A stretch of 18,706 bases of DNA, taken from assembly GCA_024626585.2 (NCBI GenBank), contig JANKJI020000004.1, positions 96,105,133 through 96,123,838 on the forward strand, in the 5' to 3' direction. The notes beneath the pieces are model-generated. The model saw nothing but the letters and a program-made list of their open reading frames with translations. It searched no databases and had not been told where the DNA came from. Origin of the DNA: Ginkgo biloba (lineage: Eukaryota; Plantae; Ginkgophyta). A program made the position numbers and the translations under genes. This document shows, one piece after another, positions 1-9,778 of this stretch; position 1 is the first letter of the stretch; each line of letters opens with the position of its first letter.

Positions 1-614
1 GAATGACTAAGTTCATTCGACGAACGGACCACTACCGTTCGTCGAACAACCGGATTCGTTCGACGAACAAACAACGTCATTCGTCGAACAACCAAGTTCG
101 TTCGACGAACAACACAGTCAAATTTTTCTAATTGCTCCTCAAACTGCTCCAGTCTGCAATTAACACTCAAATGGTTGATAATAGGCACTCCAACCTGTCT
201 ATTTTCTTGCAATTCTTCTATTCTATTCGCCTTCCTTTGATGATTATTATTTGTGAACTTGGCCTGATGCAATCTAGCGGTGGATTAACACGTAGAGTGC
301 TTAGCTTGATCTGGGGTTAACAGGTCTAAATAGAGGCAAGTTAAGTTTTCGATAAAGGAGGCCCATTTTTAGTATATGAGCGATCTCATGCCGTATTTGT
401 AATCATAATTGTGACTTTGAATACTTATTGGTGCATTTCCTCATTTTGACCGTTGTGAACTTTTGGACTTATAAGCAAACAAATTGTATTTTTTGGCTTT
501 TGAGGTGTTGCTAATTATTGTATGGTGCATGATTTATGTGCATGATGTTGTAATTCATTGAATTAGATTATTTTATGGTCAATTTGAGTAGTGAAACCCT
601 AAAGGCTAACTACT
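1..614 (+). mobile_element. 3' part of a Ty3/Gypsy-type LTR (5' end outside window); no PBS follows, so a 3' LTR or solo LTR
   Basis: About 354-614 is homologous to about 3398-3673. 515-614 vs 3574-3673 aligns without gaps at 87/100 by hand count, and homology stops exactly where the second copy ends in ..CACTACA before a PBS. This copy ends ..AACTACT (terminal CA mutated). Confidence 0.65.
15..110. repeat. Array of five 11-bp interrupted palindromes RTTCG(A/T)CGAAC, 21-22 bp period, alternating orientation
   Basis: Motifs at 15-25, 37-47, 58-68, 79-89 and 100-110; the central base runs A,T,A,T,A. GTTCGACGAAC is the reverse complement of GTTCGTCGAAC. Confidence 0.9.
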
Positions 615-2864
615 TGCGATGTGGAGATGTGATTTGAATCTCTTAAAATTGTGTATTTAGATGTTAGAATTCCATATTTATTTTTTCACATTTAGAAAGA
701 TCATGCCAATCTATATAATTTAAAATAGGAAGCATGCAATGTCAAGTGTGGCAGCTACTTGAAAGTGCATTTGAAGTTGACCTAAAATTTCCCTTTATTG
801 AGCCCTCTCAAAAAGTTTTCGTAAAAGGTGAGAACATCAAAGAAATTCAATAGTGAGGCATATTTTTACATATTTTGAAATTAACATCAATGCACCCCGA
901 TTTGAAATGATTTAAGTCAATTTGAGTTTTGTATGCCTCCAAAAAGCTCAACACAAGATTAGTTAGGGTTTTGAGGCCATTTGAAGGAGGCAACTGTAAT
1001 TGCAATGGTAGCAGCACTAAACTGACGAGGTTTTTAAGTAACTTTTACAATTTGAAAAGTGAAGATTTTCCTACTCTATATCTATAAGGATTATGAAAAT
1101 TGGCCATTGTATGGCCCTAAAATCACCGCTAGAAGATAGTGCAATTTTGGAGTTGACTTTAGGGTTTCTTCTAGTGTGTAACAGGAACACAGTTTTGAAT
1201 CCATTGTTTTGACTTTTTATGAACTTCTTTCATGGGCAAAAAGTTCAGTGTGAGATAGTTAAACTAAACAAAAAGTACTTGACCTCATTTAGACTTTGGA
1301 AGCTTTCATAGCATTGCAAAAATGTTGGTTACTATTTTAAGGCCTAATTTCAAAGTCTAATGCTTCTAGAAGTTAGGCCTTTGAGCCAATTTTACGAGAA
1401 CAATTGCAGTGATGGAAAATTTGAGTCTAGATCAAATAAGGAATATAATAGAAATGATGGAATCATGCAGGGAGTAAATTGAGGGAGTAATGAAGGAATG
1501 TGATCAAGCATGTGAGAATTTATGCAAAATTAAGAAAGATATTTGTAAAGAAAAAGAAACAAAAGAAGAAGCAAAAGATAAAATAGAAGGAAAAGCACAA
1601 AACGAAGAAGATAATGATGATGAAGCGTATGTTATATGTGAAGAACATAAAGGTGATAAAGAAATACAAGGAGATCATGAAGAATCTAAGGATGAATCGC
1701 TTGGGCAAGAAGTTGAAATAGCAAAAGAGGAGACTGTTGATTCATAGCTAGAAAGTGAGTGCACCATGGGATGGATTTCTCTTCAAGGTTTTTTTGATAG
1801 AAAGGCCTTCATCAACATATGAACTAAGGACACGCCACATGACATCAAAAGGAGATCTAAAGCGAAATGGCACAAGATCATTGTAAGCTACAATGTTAAC
1901 ATTCAAAGCAAGCACAGAGAACAGATGACAAATGGGCATTGTTACAAGCAAAAAATCGCTACGACGTAGCAAGAAGGTAGAAACCATGTTACANNNNNNN
2001 NNNNNNNNNNNNNNNNNNNNNNNNNNNNNNNNNNNNNNNNNNNNNNNNNNNNNNNNNNNNNNNNNNNNNNNNNNNNNNNNNNNNNNNNNNNNNNNNNNNN
2101 NNNNNNNNNNNNNNNNNNNNNNNNNNNNNNNNNNNNNNNNNNNNNNNNNNNNNNNNNNNNNNNNNNNNNNNNNNNNNNNNNNNNNNNNNNNNNNNNNNNN
2201 NNNNNNNNNNNNNNNNNNNNNNNNNNNNNNNNNNNNNNNNNNNNNNNNNTTAAGCAAAGCAAAGTGTTCGAGGAAGATTGTTCACTCTCCATTCTCTTAT
2301 CTTGCTCTTTTCTTGTCTTCTAATATGCAAGCTTCTTCTTATTAGAAACGTAGCTTTCTATTGTTGATTTGTAATGGCAGACTTCTATATTTATGTACCT
2401 ACCCATTTATGCTAAGACATTGTTGTATTTTGATACTATGCGAGTAGAACTGTTTGTTTTGGAAAGGACAAGGGTATTCAACCTATTTGGAGGTTGTACG
2501 CTTACTCTTGGAGCTTGATTAATCATTTTGTTGATTGCTTCTGATGTCTAAGCAACATAAAGTATTTATAGAGTACCCTTTGGTGGTTTACATGGGTTCT
2601 TGTTGTCACTTGTGAATTGGGTGTGGGCTCATACAGGGTCGTGTCATCTGTATGGGCTTGGTTAGATGGCAGATGAGTTCACTACCAACTATCATACTAG
2701 AATGGATGTCACTGCCCTTTCCACATCAAACAATTCCCTAACATTGATAAGCACTTTGTACTTCCTTTACTATAAAAAATAAAATTTGAGTAGTTGTCAT
2801 TTGTTTACTTGTAAATCTCTTTGCATACAATTTACATATCTTTATCGAGCTTAACCTTGAATCA
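615..2864 (+). mobile_element. Possible long LTR-like sequence of a different retroelement family (boundaries uncertain)
   Basis: Organisation resembles long plant Gypsy LTRs: purine-rich block (about 1410-1990), pyrimidine-rich CT block (2280-2345), T-rich tail ending ..CTTGAATCA at 2864. No TSD or canonical PBS found; interrupted by a 256-N gap. Confidence 0.3.
1412..1993 (+). pseudogene. Decayed E/K/D-rich reading frame of unknown function inside repeat DNA
   Basis: One frame from ATG 1412 (MENLSLDQIRNIIEMMESCRE*IEGVMKECDQACENLCKIKKD...) runs to the gap at 1993 with four stops. It contains track ORF 1490-1747. No recognisable domain. Confidence 0.25.
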
Positions 2865-3120
2865 TGGCAAGTGGTGCATTGGTTATGTTACATGCATAAG
2901 ATCTTCATATCAATTTCCCAAACAATATGAAAAAAGAACCAAGATCCAAGCAAGCAAAACATGGACACCCACACGATCAAGAAGTCAAAAGGCAAGACCA
3001 CAAACATGTGTCTTCAAAACATTTGTTCAATTTCAATAAGGGAACCAAACCTATGAATAGTTTGAGACGGAAGAAAGAATGAGACAAGAGAAGGTGACAT
3101 AAGCATACACAAATTGATGC

Positions 3121-3270
3121 TTTGAGGGCAAAGAAACTCAAGAAGGGGTGGAATGTAATGAAATCAAGGCAGACTTGTAGATCCCAAGAGGTTGTCCTAT
3201 AGATGTGGAAGCGTGATTGGACAAGGGTGACCCCTTCTTCGAGAGTGATGAGTATTAAGAGGGGATGGCA
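3121..3270 (+). mobile_element. 3' end of a Gypsy internal region with two polypurine-tract-like signals
   Basis: AAGAAGGGGTGGAA|TGTAATG (junction 3153/3154) and AAGAGGGGATGGCA|TGTTATGTCCC (junction 3270/3271); both are purine tracts directly followed by TGT. Confidence 0.5.
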
Positions 3271-3673
3271 TGTTATGTCCCCCAAACTATGTATATGACT
3301 GTGAGTAATTGTGATAATTATGTAGAGATAAATGGTGGTCCAAGTTTGTAATAGTAACCACAAATGGCACTCTAAGAAAAATTTGCTATGGTTTAGGTTA
3401 AGGAAGCCCATTTTTAGTATTAAGGGCACTCAATCTTCATTTATATAATTATGATTATGATTGAATATTTTGTGGAGCATTTGCTCATTTTATCACTTGT
3501 CAACTTTTGGACTCAAGTGAGCCCCGTGTGATCTTATAATCAATGATACTTTTGCTTTTGAAGTGTGGCTATATTATTGTATGGTGTATAATTCATGTGC
3601 ATGATGCTGTAACTCATGGAATTATATTATTTTATGATCAATTTGAGTAGTGAAACTCTATAGGGTCACTACA
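3271..3673 (+). mobile_element. Ty3/Gypsy LTR (TG...CA; alternative start 3154)
   Basis: Starts TGTTATGTCC after a purine tract and ends GGTCACTACA (imperfect inverted termini). Followed by AG + PBS. The 3' half is homologous to 354-614, and GGTCACTACAAGTGGTAT (3664-3681) is identical to 18256-18273. Confidence 0.7.
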
Positions 3674-3675
3674 AG

Positions 3676-3686
3676 TGGTATTATAG
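3676..3686 (+). promoter_or_regulatory. Degenerate tRNA-iMet primer-binding site
   Basis: TGGTATTATAG, 9/11 to canonical TGGTATCAGAG, 2 nt after the LTR terminal CA. Confidence 0.7.
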
Positions 3687-4146
3687 GTAGCTCCCCTATT
3701 CTTCTAGGAGTGCATAAAAAATCTATCAAATTTAAGGTTCTAGATATCAAATTTCATATTTTTTTTAGAAATTAAAAAATACCAAGTAAAGATATATGTA
3801 ANNNNNNNNNNNNNNNNNNNNNNNNNNNNNNNNNNNNNNNNNNNNNNNNNNNNNNNNNNNNNNNNNNNNNNNNNNNNNNNNNNNNNNNNNNNNNNNNNNN
3901 NGTTAGGTTTCACTATGCCCACAAGTTAGGTACTTCCCCGATGCCCTTACTATTCATATGATATAATGAAATATGAATATTCTCAACAATTAAAATGACC
4001 TCAAATCCCTCATTTATGAATGGAATTATGTACTTTATTCAATCTATAGGTGATTTTGCATGTGACTATCTATGTAAGTTTATATAATCGAGTGTTGTTA
4101 GATTTTACTATTGTAATACTAAACATGGTTTGTGTGAGAACAATAC

Positions 4147-4175
4147 TTCATGAATAATACTGTATTATTCATGAA
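4147..4175. repeat. Perfect inverted repeat, 14-bp arms, 1-nt spacer
   Basis: TTCATGAATAATAC-T-GTATTATTCATGAA. Confidence 0.9.
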
Positions 4176-4528
4176 AATAGACTTATATTAATATGAATGG
4201 TTGGCTTATTTATGTATTTCCTAATGATTATATGTAGATGATAAATAATACACAAAGCACTTATATTAGACTTATTCCTATGTATGGATGTTACTAAAGT
4301 AGTTGCGCATATCTGTATATATGTGCTTCAACAATATCATTGTTTGTTTCTATTATTTCTATCATAATATTCTCTAATACTTAAAAATTGCTTCCATATT
4401 ACTTTGGGAGGGCAATAGCTACAATAATTTTGTATCTTATGCCATGGCCAGAAAAAATTGGTGGGACTTAGAGTTAGTATCATATTTTATGGAATGACAT
4501 CAAAATGAAACCTAATGTAAGAAAAAGG

Positions 4529-4692
4529 CTAAATATCCCATACAAATAGAAGCATAAATATAGTAGAAAAATTTCAATTTAATAGACTAATATGACAGTC
4601 TAATAGAAGTGTAAATATGAAATGCCAACAAAATAAAATTCAATGTGGGAATAAAAAATACTAAATATGACATAGTAATAGAAGCATAAATA
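4529..4692 (+). repeat. Three degenerate direct repeats (57-75 bp spacing)
   Basis: AATAGAAGCATAAATA exact at 4545-4560 and 4677-4692, variant AATAGAAGTGTAAATA at 4602-4617; each is preceded by CTAA(A)TAT. Confidence 0.7.
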
Positions 4693-6444
4693 AAATAGCG
4701 AGACCACAATACAAAGAATCCTTTCATAGGATTCCATGTTATGATCATAAAACTTGAGAGATGCATGTTATAACATTAGCCAAAAATAACTTCCACACGT
4801 CCACGATATGTGATAGTTTCATATTTAGTATAGTGGCTCTGAATCATATCACTTACCTAAGTTCACTGGTATATGATAAATTGATGACAAAACAATCTTC
4901 TTTTANNNNNNNNNNNNNNNNNNNNNNNNNNNNNNNNNNNNNNNNNNNNNNNNNNNNNNNNNNNNNNNNNNNNNNNNNNNNNNNNNNNNNNNNNNNNNNN
5001 NNNNNNNNNNNNNNNNNNNNNNNNNNNNNNNNNNNNNNNNNNNNNNNNNNNNNNNNNNNNNNNNNNNNNNNNNNNNNNNNNNNNNNNNNNNNNNNNNNNN
5101 NNNNNNNNNNNNNNNNNNNNNNNNNNNNNNNNNNNNNNNNNNNNNNNNNNNNNNNNNNNNNNNNNNNNNNNNNNNNNNNNNNNNNNNNNNNNNNNNNNNN
5201 NNNNNNNNNNNNNNNNNNNNNNNNNNNNNNNNNNNNNNNNNNNNNNNNNNNNNNNNNNNNNNNNNNNNNNNNNNNNNNNNNNNNNNNNNNNNNNNNNNNN
5301 NNNNNNNNNNNAATTTTAAAAGTCTTGTAATGAAAACATATCCCTTAAAGAATTTTAAAATTGGCTTGTTTCCGTAGATACGACCTTTGTTGAATAGCTT
5401 CAAAATATGTCGATGTATATTCAATAGAACCAATAAAGATGTTGTATAATTGATTTTTGTCAATGGACATTAATGTGCATGTAGCGAGAAATTTCTTTCA
5501 TTACACTTAATTTTTGTGGATATTGATCAAAGTTGAGTCCTTTTTGGCTTGATCTTTTGAAGTCATTCTCTTTCATGCATGTTAATTATGGATCACTGAA
5601 ATGATTTGTTTGTTTTCACTGGTGTCCATTTCAATTTTTCTTTGGTTTTATTAACTAGAGAAATAAAATTCACTCTGCTTGTTTCCATTAATTTGTCTTT
5701 GTGAAATTAAACCTTGTAGTATATTTAATAGATATTGGTCCATCACATATAAATATTCAATTGAGGGAAACTTCAAAACTTTAGAAGATTCATTCAATTA
5801 TCTAGTAAACAAGAAAGCTACTAACACTGACGACTGCTGTTAACAATGAAGAAAAATTAAGCAGTCTTAAAAAAACAGATAAGCCATCAAGAAGAGGAAT
5901 CATTGAAGAAACCCCTTGTGATTGTAGCAGGGTAAAAATTAAAATTGCTTTGTTTTGACCACGATGAAAATAAAGCCTATTGGGCTTTGCTGAAGTAGGC
6001 ATCATAGCTAACTACTTATTAAATATTGCAAAATTTAGTACCAAGGATGTTATCATGAAGAGCATCTGACCAAAAACAAAGCATGGCATAGTTGTGTTAG
6101 ATATTAATGTCTATTTTATTCATAACTTAGTTGTATGTTGTGTCTAGGTTATGTAGCAGTTACATGTACGGGTTAGTCTAGCTGTGAGACTTGGGACTTA
6201 ATTATTTCAATGTTATGTACTTTGAATATTAATTACTTCCTATAATTGTGCAAGCTAGGACAGTTCTACATAGGCAACGGTTTAAGACATTCAAATATGT
6301 CTCATCCATTCAATTATAATGTGGAATTCAATTTGTTGCACATNNNNNNNNNNNNNNNNNNNNNNNNNNNNNNNNNNNNNNNNNNNNNNNNNNNNNNNNN
6401 NNNNNNNNNNNNNNNNNNNNNNNNNNNNNNNNNNNNNNNNNNNA

Positions 6445-7586
6445 AAAGGCATTTCTTTGAATCCTACGAAAATCAAAGTAGTCCAAGAATGGAAGACACC
6501 ATATAGTGTTCATGAGATAAGGAGATTTCTTGGTTTGTCCATTTTTTCTAGGAGATTTATTTGAAATTTCTCTAAGTCGGTTGCTCCTTTGACTAAATTG
6601 CTTAAAAATTCAAGAAGGTTCTAGTGGACCAACAAATGACAAGCTAGTTTTAACTTGCTTAAGAAAAAATTGATCAAAGCACTAGTTTTGGCATTCTCGA
6701 ATGTCTCTCAACCTTTTACCATCTCAATTGATGCTAGTGGGATAGCTATTGGAGTTATTTTGACCCAAGATGGTAAGGTAGTGGCTTATGAGAATCACAA
6801 GATGAATAAAGCTAAGCAAAGGTATCTTATCTAGGACCAAGGGTTGTTAGAAGTGATTCATACTATCAAGATATTGAAACATTAATTGAAGAGTAATGAA
6901 TTCGAGGTAATAACTAATCACAATCCTCTTTTGTCTTTTCTATTGAAAAGTGAATTGGGACCTAGACAGTATAGGTTGGCCATGCTTTTTGAAGACTTTA
7001 GACCCAAGATGATTTATAGGGAAGGAAAGCATGGCCCACCTATACTATCCATGCTTTGTGATTGATGCTTTGTCAAGAATTCCATAGGTTAAAAATGTTT
7101 CTTTGGTCAAGGGAACTTGAGAAAAGAGAGAGAGGAGGCACAAAAGAATGACAAGTGGAGCCAAGATATTGTGCAATCCATTATCAGTGGAGATTATGTC
7201 CCTAGTATGAGTGTTGTGGATGATATTTTGTGTTATAGTCATGCAATTGTGGTTCCAGATATAGCTAAGAACAAGAATCTTTATGAATTTCATGATAGCC
7301 CTTTTTACAGTCATGTGGGAAGGAATAAGACATGAAGCTATTAGGAGGAAGAACATGAAGAAGGAAGTGGCAGATTATGTGAAGACTTGTTATTAGTGGC
7401 ATGTTAACATAGATGAAAGAGATCATCCTACAGGATTACTAGTGCCTTTGCCTATTCCCAAGGGAAAGTGGGAGAGCATTACTTTGTATTTTATCACTTC
7501 TCTTTCTAGAACTTAGTGCCAGTATGATCAAATCCTTGTTGTGGTTGATCGACTCACAAAGATGGCTATATTCTTACCTTGTAGAA
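6445..7586 (+). pseudogene. pol: Decayed Ty3/Gypsy pol fragment: RT C-terminus, RNase H, integrase HHCC and start of catalytic core (chromovirus-like)
   Basis: Translation across stops and frameshifts: KGISLNPTKIKVVQEWKTP..EIRRFLGL..RRFI*NFSKSVAPLTKLLK (RT thumb); PFTISIDASGIAIGVILTQDGKVVAYE..FEVITNHNPL..YREGKH..DALSR (RNase H); FHDSPFYSHVGRNKT..VADYVKTC; GLLVPLPIPKGKWESITLYFITSL..ILVVVDRLTKMAIFLPC (integrase). The order RT-RH-INT is diagnostic of Ty3/Gypsy. Confidence 0.97.
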
Positions 7587-8650
7587 TGATGCATGTCAAA
7601 TTTAGTACAGGCAATGGAAGAGATAATTCACGAGAGGAGAGAGAATGGTCAATGACTTCCTTGATTACTTGATGAATACATTTGAACACATGAATGATTA
7701 AATGGGAAGACAAATTCCCATACACAACTAATTATTAGATTAGTTGACATTATTATTTTATTCTCCTAATACTAAATGGTTGTTATGTCTTAATGATGAC
7801 ATTGGCACTTTATTACAAACATAAAGTAAAACATTAAATGAACATTACTTATTCTAACAATATTGACTAATTTAGGGTTGTTGAATTTGGAGCCCACTAT
7901 TAGCAAGAGGTTAGCATCGTATTAATTAGGCATACATGCATTCATTACTTAGTATTATTGGTAAATCAAAAGTACAAACAAGAATAGGTACACATGTGGG
8001 GTACAATTACTTGTACCTCACAAATACATGATTGCAAATGCTAGAGAGAGGGCTCTTATGCCTAATCCTAAGGACTTGCACTCAGCTTTCACATCTTACT
8101 CAAACTTTCTCTCTCCTATTTATTACCTATACTCTCTCCTAAATTATAAATGACGTGTCTCTTCATATTAAATTACATGTCCGTTCAAGTGGTCCATGAA
8201 ATGCCCATTATTATAAATTTGATACTCCTAGGTAATGCTTCATTAAATACCTTTAAATTACCCTCATTAATATGCCATTAAGACATCATTTAATGCCTTC
8301 TTCCATGCTTCATACTATTCTATCACTAATGCATACTATAAGGACAATCCATATGGGCTATATGGATGCTTGTACAAACTATACAAATTGGTGTATGGAT
8401 CATTATGCAAACTAGTGTTGCCCTCATAACTGCTCAGTCATTGTTATTCTGGAAATTTGCACGAGACTGTTGGATTTTTTTGGAATCTTGCTTTTGACTT
8501 GTGGGAATCTTTTTTATTTGCTATAATCTCTCTGCTATTTGTTGGAATCTCTTGTTTGTGGTTGGAATTTGCCTTTGACTAGTGGATTTTCTTAGTTGAC
8601 TGTTGGATTTCTCTATCATTTGTTAAAATTTCCTTGGTAGTAGGTTGCTT
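7587..8650 (-). mobile_element. LTR-like sequence inserted antisense, truncating the integrase (probably extends to about 9130-9210)
   Basis: Integrase homology stops at 7586 and TGATGCATGTC starts at 7587 (minus strand ends ..GCATCA, an LTR-type terminus). The minus strand shows tandem repeats, then a TATA-like AATAAATAGGAGAGAGAAA (8124-8106), then a T-rich tail. A related copy lies at 9352-9700. The other end and a TSD were not identified. Confidence 0.5.
8449..8635. repeat. Degenerate 20-bp minisatellite (core TGTTGGAATYT), about 8-9 units
   Basis: Core variants recur at about 8481, 8501, 8521, 8541, 8561, 8581, 8601 and 8621. Confidence 0.75.
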
Positions 8651-9351
8651 NNNNNNNNNNNNNNNNNNNNNNNNNNNNNNNNNNNNNNNCTAAAAACTCC
8701 TGTATGAATTCATTGCTCCTTCAATGCTTGTTCTCATTTCTTCTTTCTTCACCAACCTTCCTTGTAGTATGTAATCCATTTTTCTCCATAAATAATTCTT
8801 TCGTATGCACTCCAAATAACTCTTAGTGCCTCTTTGGTCTCTCTCAATATGAAATATGTGCAATAGACCTTTGGATATTCATTTTTCGCAAATAGCTTTA
8901 CATGAGGGCACCATTATGTTGTCTTCTTTTAGCTTGCCTTTCTTTCGAAAGACTCTTACTATTATTATTTCTTCACACATGCCTCCTCTTGAGATCCTTG
9001 ACAAGTGGACTTGCATTAGGCTAATTCAAGATTCTACTTTTCACTTAAGATGCATTAGGACATGTTTTTTTTGCTGCCTTTTGCCAATGTTCTTGTCATT
9101 GTTATTCATCAATCTAATAAAAGATACATGAGTATTTGTGGGTTAAAAGGGGAATACTAGAACTTTGTAGTGGCTATCTTTTATGGTGAGGGTTGTTTTC
9201 TCCACATCCACCTCGTGAATTGAGATTTTGGATCAATCTATGGTAGCTCCTNNNNNNNNNNNNNNNNNNNNNNNNNNNNNNNNNNNNNNNNNNNNNNNNN
9301 NNNNNNNNNNNNNNNNNNNNNNNNNNNNNNNNNNNNNNNNNNNNNNNNNNN

Positions 9352-9700
9352 TTAATGAGGCATTCAAGAGGAAAATTACTGTGTTTAATGAGGAGATACA
9401 TGTAAAATATGTACCATTTAATGTGAAAGATGCGTCTCTCCAATTTATAAAGAGTGCAGGTATAAATAGAGAGAGAAATGAGCAAAAAACAATGAGATTC
9501 GAGTAACAGCAATAGGTAATGCTCAAATGGTGAGAGCATCCTATACTGTTTATTGGTACCCCACAGCATGTCTAATGCGTTCTATCTGCAATGCTTAATG
9601 TGTATGGAATGCATGTGCAACGTGTGATAATTTCTATGTATCAACCTATTTGCTAACTGTGGATCTTAGGTCTCAGTATCTAGTGGGCTCCATAAATAGA
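9352..9700 (+). mobile_element. LTR fragment (promoter/R region) related to 7885-8200 in opposite orientation
   Basis: Collinear shared motifs: TATAAATAGAGAGAGAAA (9461-9478), GTACCCCACA, GAATGCATGT, AACCT..TTGCTAA, and TAGTGGGCTCCA (9681-9692), the exact reverse complement of 7888-7899. Confidence 0.55.
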
Positions 9701-9778
9701 AAACAATTAATTGAGAATCAACTTCTTTGTAGCTTTGGACCTGCACATTAGTAAAACAACCTTCTTCTTTGGTTTCTT

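Noticed and set aside
15-110. CRISPR-like repeat-spacer array or heat-shock elements
   Set aside because: Repeats (11 bp) and spacers (10-11 bp) are far too short, the context is eukaryotic and there are no cas genes. TTC and GAA are separated by 3 nt, not the 2 nt of a canonical HSE.
1-3673. The two homologous LTR ends (614 and 3673) as paired LTRs of one element
   Set aside because: Polarity is wrong: the left copy has no PBS and the right copy does. Their upstream parts do not align and no gag/pol lies between them.
4411-4445. Possible LTR end (GCTACA) plus PBS (TGTATCTTATGCC)
   Set aside because: Poor match to TGGTATCAGAGCC and spaced too far from the CA.
8690-9120. Decayed minus-strand ORF
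   Set aside because: About seven stops in about 125 codons is compatible with chance in AT-rich DNA, and no motif was recognised.
9158-9162. TAGAA as the second TSD of the insertion starting at 7587
   Set aside because: Not preceded by an LTR-type CA terminus, and the integrase frame does not clearly resume after it.
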